A stretch of DNA of 38,431 nt from a virus (taxonomy: Duplodnaviria; Caudoviricetes): IMG/VR virus record IMGVR_UViG_3300043372_000116, positions 1 to 38,431 of that record; one strand, written 5' to 3'. Shown one piece after another: positions 1-7,394 of this stretch; position 1 is the stretch's first letter, and each line of letters opens with the position of its first letter. The notes under the pieces are model-generated. The model made no database searches and had not been told where the DNA came from. It saw only the letters and a list, made by a program, of their open reading frames with translations. The position numbers were made by a program, and so were the translations under genes.

Positions 1-142
1 CAGAAACAGATGTTTCGGGGGGGGGGGGGGTAAACAAGGCGGTTTCAGTATCCGTCAAATTTGTGCCTTGCGCCTAGTGTACAAGGCAGTTATTGCAATC
101 CATCAAGAAAGTAGTTCTCACGTAAACGTGACAGGAATCAGC
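1..142 (+). repeat. Left copy of terminal overlap (circular assembly signature)
   Basis: Identical to 38287-38431 except G14 (17-30) vs G17. Confidence 0.97.
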
Positions 143-143
143 A

Positions 144-557
144 ATGGCAAAAACAGAGCAGACACCGCAGCCGCGCAAGAAGGAGCTGGCGTGGATCCGG
201 GATGGCCTCAAGGCGAAAGGCTATTCTCAGCGTGATCTAGCGCGTGCGTGGTCTTCAGCCGAAGCGTCGATCTCCCGCTTCATTGCTGGCGACGAGCTGG
301 CGGACCCGCCGCTTTCGAGATGTGTGACGCTCGCCCATATGCTTGACATCACCTTAGAAGACCTCGCGGCCGGGCTTGGGGTCGCAGGGCGGAAGATCGA
401 GCCATCAGTGCTCAACACAGACGCGATGCCGCCTGTCGGCACGTTCGCGCTGAACATGCTGCAGCCGGGGCGCGTCCGGGTGGTCATGAACCAAGACGTC
501 ACCCCCGCCGTCGCGTCGCGTTTAGTCGCTGTCCTTGGTGGCGCTGACGGGGCGTAA
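144..557 (+). CDS. XRE-family HTH repressor (cI-like), no S24 autoprotease domain
   Basis: SQRDLARAWSSAEASISRF helix-turn-helix; divergent from the early leftward operon; AGGA RBS. Confidence 0.8.
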   Translation: MAKTEQTPQPRKKELAWIRDGLKAKGYSQRDLARAWSSAEASISRFIAGDELADPPLSRCVTLAHMLDITLEDLAAGLGVAGRKIEPSVLNTDAMPPVGTFALNMLQPGRVRVVMNQDVTPAVASRLVAVLGGADGA

Positions 558-734
558 CCCGCGGCGTTTCTCGGGCTCAGCCCGATTCGCCGGGGGGGCA
601 AGGGGGGCAGAAAACTCTCCGCAAAAATGTTGACGGGAAACTACAGTTTTCTGTGGATAACGATGGCAGGTCAGCAAAGTGCTGCCGTCGTCGATGCCGA
701 AGCGGCAAATCGTGCAGGTCGAGCTGGTCGTCAT
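522..734 (-). CDS. Small Cys-rich phage protein (70 aa)
   Basis: MTTSSTCTICRF...CHRYP...CGEF pattern typical of small phage metal-binding proteins; GGAG before ATG at 734. Confidence 0.6.
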   Translation of the reverse strand: MTTSSTCTICRFGIDDGSTLLTCHRYPQKTVVSRQHFCGEFSAPLAPPANRAEPEKRRGLRPVSATKDSD

Positions 735-842
735 GATCGCTCCCGGATTGTCGGTCAGGCGCGACGCTAGGGATAAGACGGGAGCGCGCCAAGGCACAAA
801 GCTGGCCGGCGTGGGGGGCGGCGGATTAGCCACCTACCGCCG

Positions 843-1013
843 TCAGATCACCAGCCGACGCACTTTCACAACAGGGCTTGGCGGGGCGCATGGGGTGAGG
901 CGGATCGTGCCGTCTGGCAGGATCTCGATCGCCATTGGCACGCCGGCGGCGCTAACCGCGCGAATGGCGCGCGCTATGTCGGCCTGGCTGCAGCGTGCAG
1001 GGGTGCGGCTCAT
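843..1013 (-). CDS. 56-aa protein of the type often seen next to alphaproteobacterial phage integrases (not in ORF track)
   Basis: Hand translation MSRTPARCSQADIARAIRAVSAAGVPMAIEILPDGTIRLTP...; GGAGG RBS upstream. Confidence 0.7.
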   Translation of the reverse strand: MSRTPARCSQADIARAIRAVSAAGVPMAIEILPDGTIRLTPCAPPSPVVKVRRLVI

Positions 1014-1117
1014 GAAGTGCCTCCGATGCGTTGGGGCTGGTTAAGAGCGTGTCTAGCGTATACGACAGGAGCGCGCAAAGGCGGGGCCGGTTCGGGGCGC
1101 TTAAAGCTGAGCCCTTT

Positions 1118-1325
1118 GCGAACCGACCCCTTTTCTAATTCAAGCCCAGCGAACCGGTCCTTTGAAATCAATGACTGCATTGTGCTTTGGGAGCAGAGGG
1201 TCGCAAGTTCGAATCTTGCTGCCCCGACCATAAACCACTGAAAACAAACAATAAAAAAGATTAGGCCTCTAAGAATTTTGCCTCTGGTTCGCTGGTTCGC
1301 TGGCAGTTCGCTGGAGTGGCGAACC
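1118..1325. repeat. Probable integrase arm-type sites around the att core
   Basis: GTTCGCTGG at 1287, 1295 and 1306; inverted copy CCAGCGAAC at 1146; GCGAACC at 1118 and 1319; AT-rich tract 1231-1280. Confidence 0.65.
1183..1230 (+). other. attP: attP core: 3' half of tRNA-Pro(TGG)
   Basis: TGC-TTTGGGA-GCAGA anticodon arm, GCAAG-TTCGAAT-CTTGC T-arm, ends in ACCA; the D-arm half is absent; lies just downstream of the integrase. Confidence 0.92.
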
Positions 1326-1330
1326 GGCCG

Positions 1331-2452
1331 CTAACCGTTGACCACCAGCTTCAGCCGCCCTCTCGCGGCTTCCTTGGCCAGCCTTGCTTGATGGGCGTCG
1401 AGCTTTTTGATCGCCGACTTCGCCAGTTCCTTGGTCAGCGACAGGTAGCGCTCCAGAATGCGGGTCGCCGATTCCAGGCTGTGGCCGGTGATCGCGCAGA
1501 TCTCTGGGATCGAACAGCCGGCTTCGGCCAATAGCGTCACCGCCGTCCCGCGCAGGTCATGGAAGTTCAAGTCGAGCTCCACGGCGGCTGGAGCGCCGTC
1601 AGGAACCGGGAAGGCCTTGGCGAACGCGCGATCAAACTGGCTCTTGAAGTTCTCAAAGTGCATTTCCTCACCGCTTCGGGTGACAACGATGCGCTTGCGG
1701 TCCTTCAGGTCGGGGATGGCGTCGAGGCGGGCTTTCAGCACCTTGGTGCAGGGGATGTAGACGCGCTTCTTGGTCTTGCTCTGCACCAAGCTGATGCCAG
1801 CACCGTCATATTGATCTGGCTTCAGCGCGAGGATGTCGCCGCGGCGCTGGCCGGTGTGATAGGCAATTTCAAAGCCGAGACGCATTTCCGGGTTGAGCTC
1901 AGCCGTCATCGCGGCAATGTGTTCTGGCAGCCAGAGGATGTCCTCGCGGGTGGTTTTGTAGAGCCGGCGGAAATTGGCGATCGGGTTGACGCTGAGCAGG
2001 GTCCGATCAACGCCAAAGCTGAAGATCTTCGAAAGCCGGGTAAGCTTCATGTCGGCAGCGCGCGGGTGGGTGTCGCCGAGCTCGCCATGCCATTCCAGAA
2101 AGAAAGCGCGGCTGCCGCGCTCCTCGACCGCAGCCAGCGCCATCTGGCCACAATAGCGCTCGATCGCCTCAATGTTGCTGTTCTCGCGGTTTTGGGTTCC
2201 CTTGCTGCAGTCGATCTTCCAGTCCGGTGAGGATTTGTATTGGCGTATCAGCCAGTTGATGTTGCGCTCGGCGTCGCGGGCTGCCGCTCCAACGGCCTCT
2301 CGGTCGAGCCGGGACAGCATCTCGGCGAACGCTTGGCTGGTAGGATCGTCCGGCAGCCTGGTGCCCGACGTCTTATGATAGAAAAAGTGCTTAACGCTGC
2401 CGTCTGAGAGCTTTTTGTTGGTTTGTTTGTAGCTCAGCTTTTCTTTCGCCAT
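1331..2452 (-). CDS. int: Tyrosine integrase
   Basis: HTGQRRGD, QSKT, FHDLRGT, ITGHS, ERY catalytic motifs; adjacent to attP; start taken at MAKEK (2452). Confidence 0.95.
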   Translation of the reverse strand: MAKEKLSYKQTNKKLSDGSVKHFFYHKTSGTRLPDDPTSQAFAEMLSRLDREAVGAAARDAERNINWLIRQYKSSPDWKIDCSKGTQNRENSNIEAIERYCGQMALAAVEERGSRAFFLEWHGELGDTHPRAADMKLTRLSKIFSFGVDRTLLSVNPIANFRRLYKTTREDILWLPEHIAAMTAELNPEMRLGFEIAYHTGQRRGDILALKPDQYDGAGISLVQSKTKKRVYIPCTKVLKARLDAIPDLKDRKRIVVTRSGEEMHFENFKSQFDRAFAKAFPVPDGAPAAVELDLNFHDLRGTAVTLLAEAGCSIPEICAITGHSLESATRILERYLSLTKELAKSAIKKLDAHQARLAKEAARGRLKLVVNG

Positions 2453-2735
2453 TCTTTTGCTCCAACCATTTTTGCAGCGGGCTAAGCTCCGGCCCGCCAA
2501 CCTCAACCAAAATCCCCGACATCTTGTCGAGGGCGCGATCGAGGGCGACACGGTCCCAGCGATGCGTCCCCGGCAAAGCGCGCGGGATCCTGCCGGCGCG
2601 GATCCAAGACACGAAGCCGCCCGGTGTGAGGCCGAGATAGGCGGCAGCTTGAGCCTTGCTGAGCGCGCGCGGCGGCAGGACCGAATCAGATCGACTGATT
2701 TGGCCGTCACTCGTCAAGCCCACTTGACGGCTCAC
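2391..2735 (-). CDS. xis: Excisionase-like winged HTH protein
   Basis: LSKAQAAAYLGLTPGGF...HRWDRVALD; overlaps int start; GTG start coupled to upstream stop with GGAGG RBS. Confidence 0.8.
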   Translation of the reverse strand: MSRQVGLTSDGQISRSDSVLPPRALSKAQAAAYLGLTPGGFVSWIRAGRIPRALPGTHRWDRVALDRALDKMSGILVEVGGPELSPLQKWLEQKNGERKAELQTNQQKALRRQR

Positions 2736-2956
2736 GGGACGCCTCCCAACCGCTGGGGCTGCAGGCTGAAGCCGAGCACGTTGAAGCAGGCCTCGAGCGT
2801 TTCGACGTTCGGCGTCGAGCGCCGCCGCCAGTCCTTGATCGTCTCCGGGCTGACGCCTGCGCGCCGCGCCAGCTCTGGGTGTGAGACGCCCTGAAGGTCG
2901 GCCTCGGCGCACAGCCGGCGGACAAGGGGATGGGCCTTGACGGCGATCCGGGTCAT
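2732..2956 (-). CDS. XRE-family HTH protein
   Basis: SHPELARRAGVSPETIKDWRRRSTPNVETLEA. Confidence 0.8.
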   Translation of the reverse strand: MTRIAVKAHPLVRRLCAEADLQGVSHPELARRAGVSPETIKDWRRRSTPNVETLEACFNVLGFSLQPQRLGGVP

Positions 2957-3162
2957 CCCTGCCTCATCAGGCTGGAGGTGCCGAGGTAAATCGACGGCGC
3001 GTCGCGAAAGCGCAGGCCAAGCTTGAGCAGCCGCTTGCGGAATCCGTGTTTTGTCATGCTTGTGCCGACGATGGCCATCGCCTCGTCGAGCGTGCCGTTG
3101 CGCCGAAAAATGCGACGCACCTGGACGAGTTGCTCGTCCGTCCATGCTTCAGAATAGCCCAT
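2953..3162 (-). CDS. Small HTH-like protein resembling the GcrA N-terminus
   Basis: WTDEQLVQVRR...KRLLKLGL pattern; translationally coupled on both sides. Confidence 0.55.
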   Translation of the reverse strand: MGYSEAWTDEQLVQVRRIFRRNGTLDEAMAIVGTSMTKHGFRKRLLKLGLRFRDAPSIYLGTSSLMRQG

Positions 3163-3407
3163 CAGACGTCCCCGCACTTGATTTCAAAACAACGATCGAC
3201 AAAGTCTTTTGCGGCATGGCGCAGCCAGGGCGTGTCCTCAGAGATGGCGTGGTCGCCGACAGTCTCGGCAAACTCAGCGACATGGTTGAACATCTCCTGC
3301 AGCTGCTTATTCCGGCGCGCCAGCAGCCACTTGACGTGGTTGTGGTCGATCTGGCCCTGCACGCGGGCATGCCATTCCTCGACGGATTCGGTCGCCTTAG
3401 AGGTCAT
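3162..3407 (-). CDS. Hypothetical phage protein
   Basis: Coupled ORF in the operon, GAGG RBS. Confidence 0.65.
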   Translation of the reverse strand: MTSKATESVEEWHARVQGQIDHNHVKWLLARRNKQLQEMFNHVAEFAETVGDHAISEDTPWLRHAAKDFVDRCFEIKCGDV

Positions 3408-3684
3408 CGGGGACCTCGCTGGGGTCGGCGTGGTGCAGGGCGAGTTCGACCAAGCGGGCGTAGCCGCAGATGTCCGAGAAATGATCTGGAAAGTTTGGAT
3501 TTCCGGCCAAAATGCGCGCCAGTTTCACAGCGATCATGTCGATCGACTCGCGCTGCAAGTCGTCTAGGGGAGGCCAGCCGCGTGTTTCGCGGTAGACGGC
3601 TTTGATCTCTTGGGCGATGCGAGCGACGTCGGCGAAGTCGCCGTGCGTCTGCGCGCGCTCATGGAGGATGTCGTCAATGCTCAT
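3397..3684 (-). CDS. DUF6378-like protein
   Basis: ILHERAQTHGDF...KLARILAGNP...DHFSDICGYARL. Confidence 0.8.
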   Translation of the reverse strand: MSIDDILHERAQTHGDFADVARIAQEIKAVYRETRGWPPLDDLQRESIDMIAVKLARILAGNPNFPDHFSDICGYARLVELALHHADPSEVPDDL

Positions 3685-4079
3685 GCGGTCCCTTTCTGAG
3701 TTTCCCTGAGACGGTCGAGCCCATGCACGACAGTGGAATGGTCGCGGCCCGTGAACTGGCCAATGCGGGGGTAGCTCAGGCCGAGGCCTCGCATCGCGGC
3801 CCAGACCTCGCGGCGGGGCTGATGAAGGCGCTGGGGGCGCGTCGGTGCCCAGAGCTCGGCCCAAGTGAGGTCGTGTCGCTGTAGGATCGGCTCAATGACG
3901 ACGCGCACGCGCTTGGACATGCTGGTCGGCTTATCCCACATGACGCGCGGCTCGGGAGGAAGCGGCGGCGGCGGGGCCGGCACAGGCGGGGGCTTGCGCA
4001 GCGTGACGAAAACGGCCGGCACGGTCGGCTGCCGCGTGATCCGCTCACGGACTTCTTTGTAGTGTTGGGGCCAATTCAT
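3681..4079 (-). CDS. Protein with DnaA C-terminal-like HTH domain
   Basis: LSYPRIGQFTGRDHSTVVHG signature. Confidence 0.8.
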   Translation of the reverse strand: MNWPQHYKEVRERITRQPTVPAVFVTLRKPPPVPAPPPPLPPEPRVMWDKPTSMSKRVRVVIEPILQRHDLTWAELWAPTRPQRLHQPRREVWAAMRGLGLSYPRIGQFTGRDHSTVVHGLDRLRETQKGTA

Positions 4080-4285
4080 GTGGCGCGCCCCATCAGGAAG
4101 GCGCGTGCGCTTTTCAGAGACGGGGCGTGCCAAACGTCGCCGCGCACCGAGACAGCCCGGTAATGCGGCCGTGCCGTCGTGCCGACACGAACGCGCGAGA
4201 TCAGGCCGATTTCGCGGCCGAAGTAGCGCAGCGACAGGACGCCGCCTGACATTTTGACCAGATCAATGCAGGGTGTCGCAGTCAT
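4076..4285 (-). CDS. Hypothetical phage protein
   Basis: MTATPCIDL... with GGAGG RBS, ATGA coupling to next gene. Confidence 0.6.
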   Translation of the reverse strand: MTATPCIDLVKMSGGVLSLRYFGREIGLISRVRVGTTARPHYRAVSVRGDVWHAPSLKSARAFLMGRAT

Positions 4286-4391
4286 CGTGAGGCCTCCCAT
4301 TGCGCAACGTGGCGAAGATGCCCAGCGCCGCGATCGGCACGATCGGCCCGGCGAGGCAGAGGGCGAGGACGAACATGAAGGGGTCATCCAT
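4263..4391 (-). CDS. Small membrane protein (42 aa, not in ORF track)
   Basis: MDDPFMFVLALCLAGPIVPIAALGIFATLRNGR...; TGATG coupling to upstream ORF. Confidence 0.5.
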   Translation of the reverse strand: MDDPFMFVLALCLAGPIVPIAALGIFATLRNGRPHDDCDTLH

Positions 4392-4483
4392 CAGCGTGTC
4401 AGTGCGCTGGCGATGAGGATGATGGCGGCGGGAAAAGCGAAGGCGGCGAGGGCGCTGGCGAGGTCATCGAGGAGGGTCAACAT
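4391..4483 (-). CDS. Small membrane peptide (30 aa, not in ORF track), first gene of the leftward operon
   Basis: MLTLLDDLASALAAFAFPAAIILIASALTR. Confidence 0.5.
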   Translation of the reverse strand: MLTLLDDLASALAAFAFPAAIILIASALTR

Positions 4484-4686
4484 TGTCTAATCCAATCAAG
4501 CTGCTTGTTGCACAAACAAGTCATAGGACCAGCTTTGACCAAGCGTCAAGCGGACTTGTCGCGAGATTTATGCCCTTGGGCTGCGTGACTCTTTTTGGGT
4601 TTTACCGCCCAATGAACAAGTTATGTCTTGTGCATAGAACAATTTCCAACTATTCAACAGGACAGCCGCCTCACGGAGCCCACGCC
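4484..4686. promoter_or_regulatory. Divergent control region with two TTGT-N7-ACAA operator-like sites
   Basis: AT-richer intergenic DNA; CTTGTTGCACAAACAAG at 4504 and CTTGTGCATAGAACAAT at 4627. Confidence 0.65.
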
Positions 4687-5583
4687 ATGAATTGCCAGAC
4701 CTTCTTCACAACGTGGATCGCTCGCCGGGTCGCGCTTGAGCAGATCAGCGCAGCCACAGCAGAGGGCTACGCCTGCACGCTCGCCCCGTTTTTCGTCGCC
4801 CACCGCACGCGCAATCTTGCGAGCCTGTCGGCCAGCGACATTGAGGATTTCTATATCGCGCGCCTGAAGGTGGTTGCGTCAGCCACGCTGCGCGGCTCGC
4901 ACGTCCTGCTGAAGCAGCTGTTCAACGAGGCCCGCAAGAAAGGCCTCATCGCCGTCAATCCGCTGGATGATGTCGACGCGCCGAAGGCCGCGGCTGCAGG
5001 CGAAAAGAAGGCCCTCGACTGCGCCCAGATCCGCGCCCTGCTGGCCTATGCCGCCGACAAGCCGCTCCTGCTGCGCACCGTCAAACTGGCGATTGCCACG
5101 GGCCTGCGTCGCGGTGAGCTCGCCGGATTGCTGTGGTCTTGCATAGACTTCGATGCTGGGGTGATCCGCGTGACGCGCAACATCGTCAAGGTCAGCAAGA
5201 CCGAGATCGTGAGCACGCCAAAGAGCGCCGCCGGCGTGCGCCAGATCGCGCTGCCTGCAGATCTTCTCGCTGAATTGCGGAAGGCCCGCGGCGCGCCCGA
5301 CACGCCGGTCTTGCGCACCCAGCAGGGCGGGCGCCCGTCTCTGGCCTACCTGTCTGAGATGCTCACCAGCGCGCTGCGCGCCATCGGCTGCGGCGACGGG
5401 TTCACCCTGCACTCGACGCGACACACCCATGCCACGCACCTGCTGCGCGCCGGTGGCAGCGTCAAGGCGGTGTCAGTGCGGCTGGGGCATGCAGACACTA
5501 CCGTGACGATGCGGACCTATGCCAAGGTGCTGAACGGCGACGACGCCGATCTGGCGCGGGCGATCGGGACGGTGATGCAATGA
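4687..5583 (+). CDS. Second tyrosine recombinase (298 aa, no arm-binding domain)
   Basis: TGLRRGEL, TPKS, LHSTRHT, RLGH, RTY motifs all intact; ATG at 4687 with GGAG RBS. Confidence 0.92.
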   Translation: MNCQTFFTTWIARRVALEQISAATAEGYACTLAPFFVAHRTRNLASLSASDIEDFYIARLKVVASATLRGSHVLLKQLFNEARKKGLIAVNPLDDVDAPKAAAAGEKKALDCAQIRALLAYAADKPLLLRTVKLAIATGLRRGELAGLLWSCIDFDAGVIRVTRNIVKVSKTEIVSTPKSAAGVRQIALPADLLAELRKARGAPDTPVLRTQQGGRPSLAYLSEMLTSALRAIGCGDGFTLHSTRHTHATHLLRAGGSVKAVSVRLGHADTTVTMRTYAKVLNGDDADLARAIGTVMQ

Positions 5584-5852
5584 AAATCCTTATATCTTTG
5601 GTTGCGCTTGGGCTTTCGACATTTTCTGCCTTTGCTCAGACTGCGCCTCGTTATTCAATCGTAAGCGCGCAAGTGCTGTCGTTGGGGGCAACCATGCCTA
5701 TTACGCTTCTGCTTGATGCGGCCAACGGGCGATCGTGGTTCTTGGTGTGCGCCCCTGAGCCGGGGCTCACGTGCCGCCATAAGTGGGTCGCAATGCCAGC
5801 CCCTCCTTTTGCTTCCGCGCCAGATACAGTGCGGCTGATGCCTGCCCCTTGA
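5580..5852 (+). CDS. Small secreted protein with Sec signal peptide
   Basis: MKILISLVALGLSTFSAFA|Q, two Cys; ATGA-coupled to the recombinase. Confidence 0.75.
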   Translation: MKILISLVALGLSTFSAFAQTAPRYSIVSAQVLSLGATMPITLLLDAANGRSWFLVCAPEPGLTCRHKWVAMPAPPFASAPDTVRLMPAP

Positions 5853-5901
5853 TGCCTCGATCAGGGTTCCGTCACGGTGATGCCCCCCTTTTGGCTTTGA
5901 C

Positions 5902-5929
5902 TTGACGGTACGGAAATTGTGGATATCTT
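5902..5929 (+). promoter_or_regulatory. Sigma70-type promoter of the antirepressor leader
   Basis: TTGACG-N16-TATCTT. Confidence 0.6.
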
Positions 5930-5990
5930 CACGGTCGGGCTTCAAACACCCTGGCACGTGAGATTTCCCATATGTTGCACGAACTCCCCT

Positions 5991-6072
5991 TCCGGGGTCC
6001 GCATGCGTATGTCCAAGGCGCGAGCCTAAAGGCATGTGGGCGTGACGCTTGCCACGTGTTTGAAACCCCGGA
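5991..6072 (+). ncRNA. C4/CI-like antisense RNA
   Basis: Closing stem TCCGGGGT/ACCCCGGA, inner CCGCATGC/GCATGTGG stem, GGC-GCGA-GCC tetraloop, and GTGTTTGAA complementary to TTCAAACAC (5941) and TTCAAAC (6111). Confidence 0.75.
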
Positions 6073-6128
6073 TTTAGCTCGCCCATCAGACAGGCGCGCC
6101 AAACCGTTCATTCAAACGGAGCAAGCAA

Positions 6129-6635
6129 ATGAACATCATCACTGAGCATGACGCGCCGCGTGTCCAAGATCTTAACCTCGCCTACCATCTTGGTTTTGTT
6201 AATACCTACAAAATTCGGCACCTGATTGAGAGAAGCCGGACCGAGCTTGAGAGGTTCGGGGAGGTTTTATCCATGGTGGACAAAACCCTCCCGCAGGGCG
6301 GTCGCCCCGGCAAATCCTTCTACCTCAACCGCAAGCAGTGCCTCTACATCTGCGCCAAGTCGGAAACGCCAAACGCCGCCGAGGTGACCATCATGATGGT
6401 CGACCTGTTCGACAACTGGCTGGACGGGCGCGAGGTCAAGGTGCGGGAGCATTGGCGGACGAAGAAGCGCCAGCCTGTCCCGCCGCAGCCGCAGCTCGCA
6501 CTGCCGGCCCCCATGACGATAGGCTTCAATATTGAGCCGGTGACGAACGATCTGCGCCGATTCACAGCCATAGGCACAGACCGCGTTGTCAGGGCACTGG
6601 CCGCTCGCTGGGCAAATCTTGAGATCGCTGTCTAA
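6129..6635 (+). CDS. Antirepressor-like (Rha-related) protein
   Basis: PRVQDLNLAYHLGF...IRHLIER...GGRPGKSFYLNRKQ...KSETPNA; position behind C4-like RNA. Confidence 0.75.
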   Translation: MNIITEHDAPRVQDLNLAYHLGFVNTYKIRHLIERSRTELERFGEVLSMVDKTLPQGGRPGKSFYLNRKQCLYICAKSETPNAAEVTIMMVDLFDNWLDGREVKVREHWRTKKRQPVPPQPQLALPAPMTIGFNIEPVTNDLRRFTAIGTDRVVRALAARWANLEIAV

Positions 6636-6644
6636 GCTGCGCAG

Positions 6645-6670
6645 CGGGCAGGGGAGCGATCCTCTGCCCG
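6645..6670. terminator. Hairpin between convergent genes
   Basis: CGGGCAGGGGA-GCGA-TCCTCTGCCCG. Confidence 0.75.
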
Positions 6671-7225
6671 TTATTCGTCCCTGACCAGTTTTATCAAATT
6701 GTTGATCGGATAGAGCATTTTCGGGTTCCCATCGCCTTCCGAATAAGCCCGAAAGCCAATCTCTTCGTAGAAGGCAGTGGAATCTGCGTCCAAGGACTGG
6801 AGTGTCAGAGCGTAAAATCCAGCGCAGTCCGAAATAGCGCAGACTTTGTCGAAAGCATCCATCAAAAGGTATTTGCCAATGCCGTTCCCCTGATAGTCTT
6901 CATGGACGCCAAGAAAACCAACATGGACAGCGGGGAAAGCAGTATAATTCTTCAGATACGTATTATGTCCTGTAGGCAAATCTAGGACATTGTCTGAGCC
7001 GATTTGCAAAGCATAGTACCCGATTACGTTTTCGGACCCTTGGATGAAGGCGCAGAAAACGCGGAATTCTCTTCTGCTAATCGATCTTTTTGCTTTATTT
7101 TTCAGGAACCTATCAATAGCCGCGCGTCCGCAGTTAAAGCGGTTTAATACAGCCCTTTCATGAAAGGGCTGTATTTCGATGTCCTCTAAGCTGATCAGCT
7201 TCCTTGGCTTTTTTCGCTCGCGCAA
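6671..7225 (-). CDS. GNAT acetyltransferase, TacT/AtaT toxin-like
   Basis: FNCG..IDRFLK, VIGYYAL, FPAVHVGFLGV..YQGNGIGKYLL, AFYEEIGF; visibly lower GC. Confidence 0.85.
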   Translation of the reverse strand: MRERKKPRKLISLEDIEIQPFHERAVLNRFNCGRAAIDRFLKNKAKRSISRREFRVFCAFIQGSENVIGYYALQIGSDNVLDLPTGHNTYLKNYTAFPAVHVGFLGVHEDYQGNGIGKYLLMDAFDKVCAISDCAGFYALTLQSLDADSTAFYEEIGFRAYSEGDGNPKMLYPINNLIKLVRDE

Positions 7226-7394
7226 CTTCGTTGTACCGCTTCCGGATTGCCATCATCTTTTCGTTAGGGCCGCCCTGTTCATTCTGGACGCGGCGCACGA
7301 AGTCGGCGGCCTCACGTTGCGAACCAAACTTTAGCTTGCCGTTTCGGGAGGCCAGAGAGTTCCACCAGTCCATAAAATTTTGGATCATGTTCAT
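7158..7394 (-). CDS. 78-aa protein, putative antitoxin
   Basis: Directly upstream of and overlapping the GNAT gene; GAGG RBS. Confidence 0.6.
   Translation of the reverse strand: MNMIQNFMDWWNSLASRNGKLKFGSQREAADFVRRVQNEQGGPNEKMMAIRKRYNEVARAKKAKEADQLRGHRNTALS

Noticed and set aside
1-142. Biological direct terminal repeat
   Set aside because: Length is close to a common assembler k-mer overlap and the break falls at a homopolymer; better read as circular overlap.
1155-1230. Complete tRNA-Pro gene
   Set aside because: The 5' acceptor strand and D-arm are missing; only the att core is present.
1010-1231. 73-aa ORF MVGAARFELATLCSQS
   Set aside because: Antisense translation of the tRNA-Pro fragment, a common artefact.
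1295-1309. GTTC-N7-GTTC alphaproteobacterial LexA box
   Set aside because: It arises from the GTTCGCTGG arm-type repeats and lies downstream of int, not in an evident promoter.
2453-2710. N-terminal extension of the integrase in the ORF track
   Set aside because: Overlaps the xis-like gene in another frame and is not protein-like.
4483-4686. N-terminal extension of the second recombinase
   Set aside because: Covers the divergent promoter region; the RBS supports ATG at 4687.
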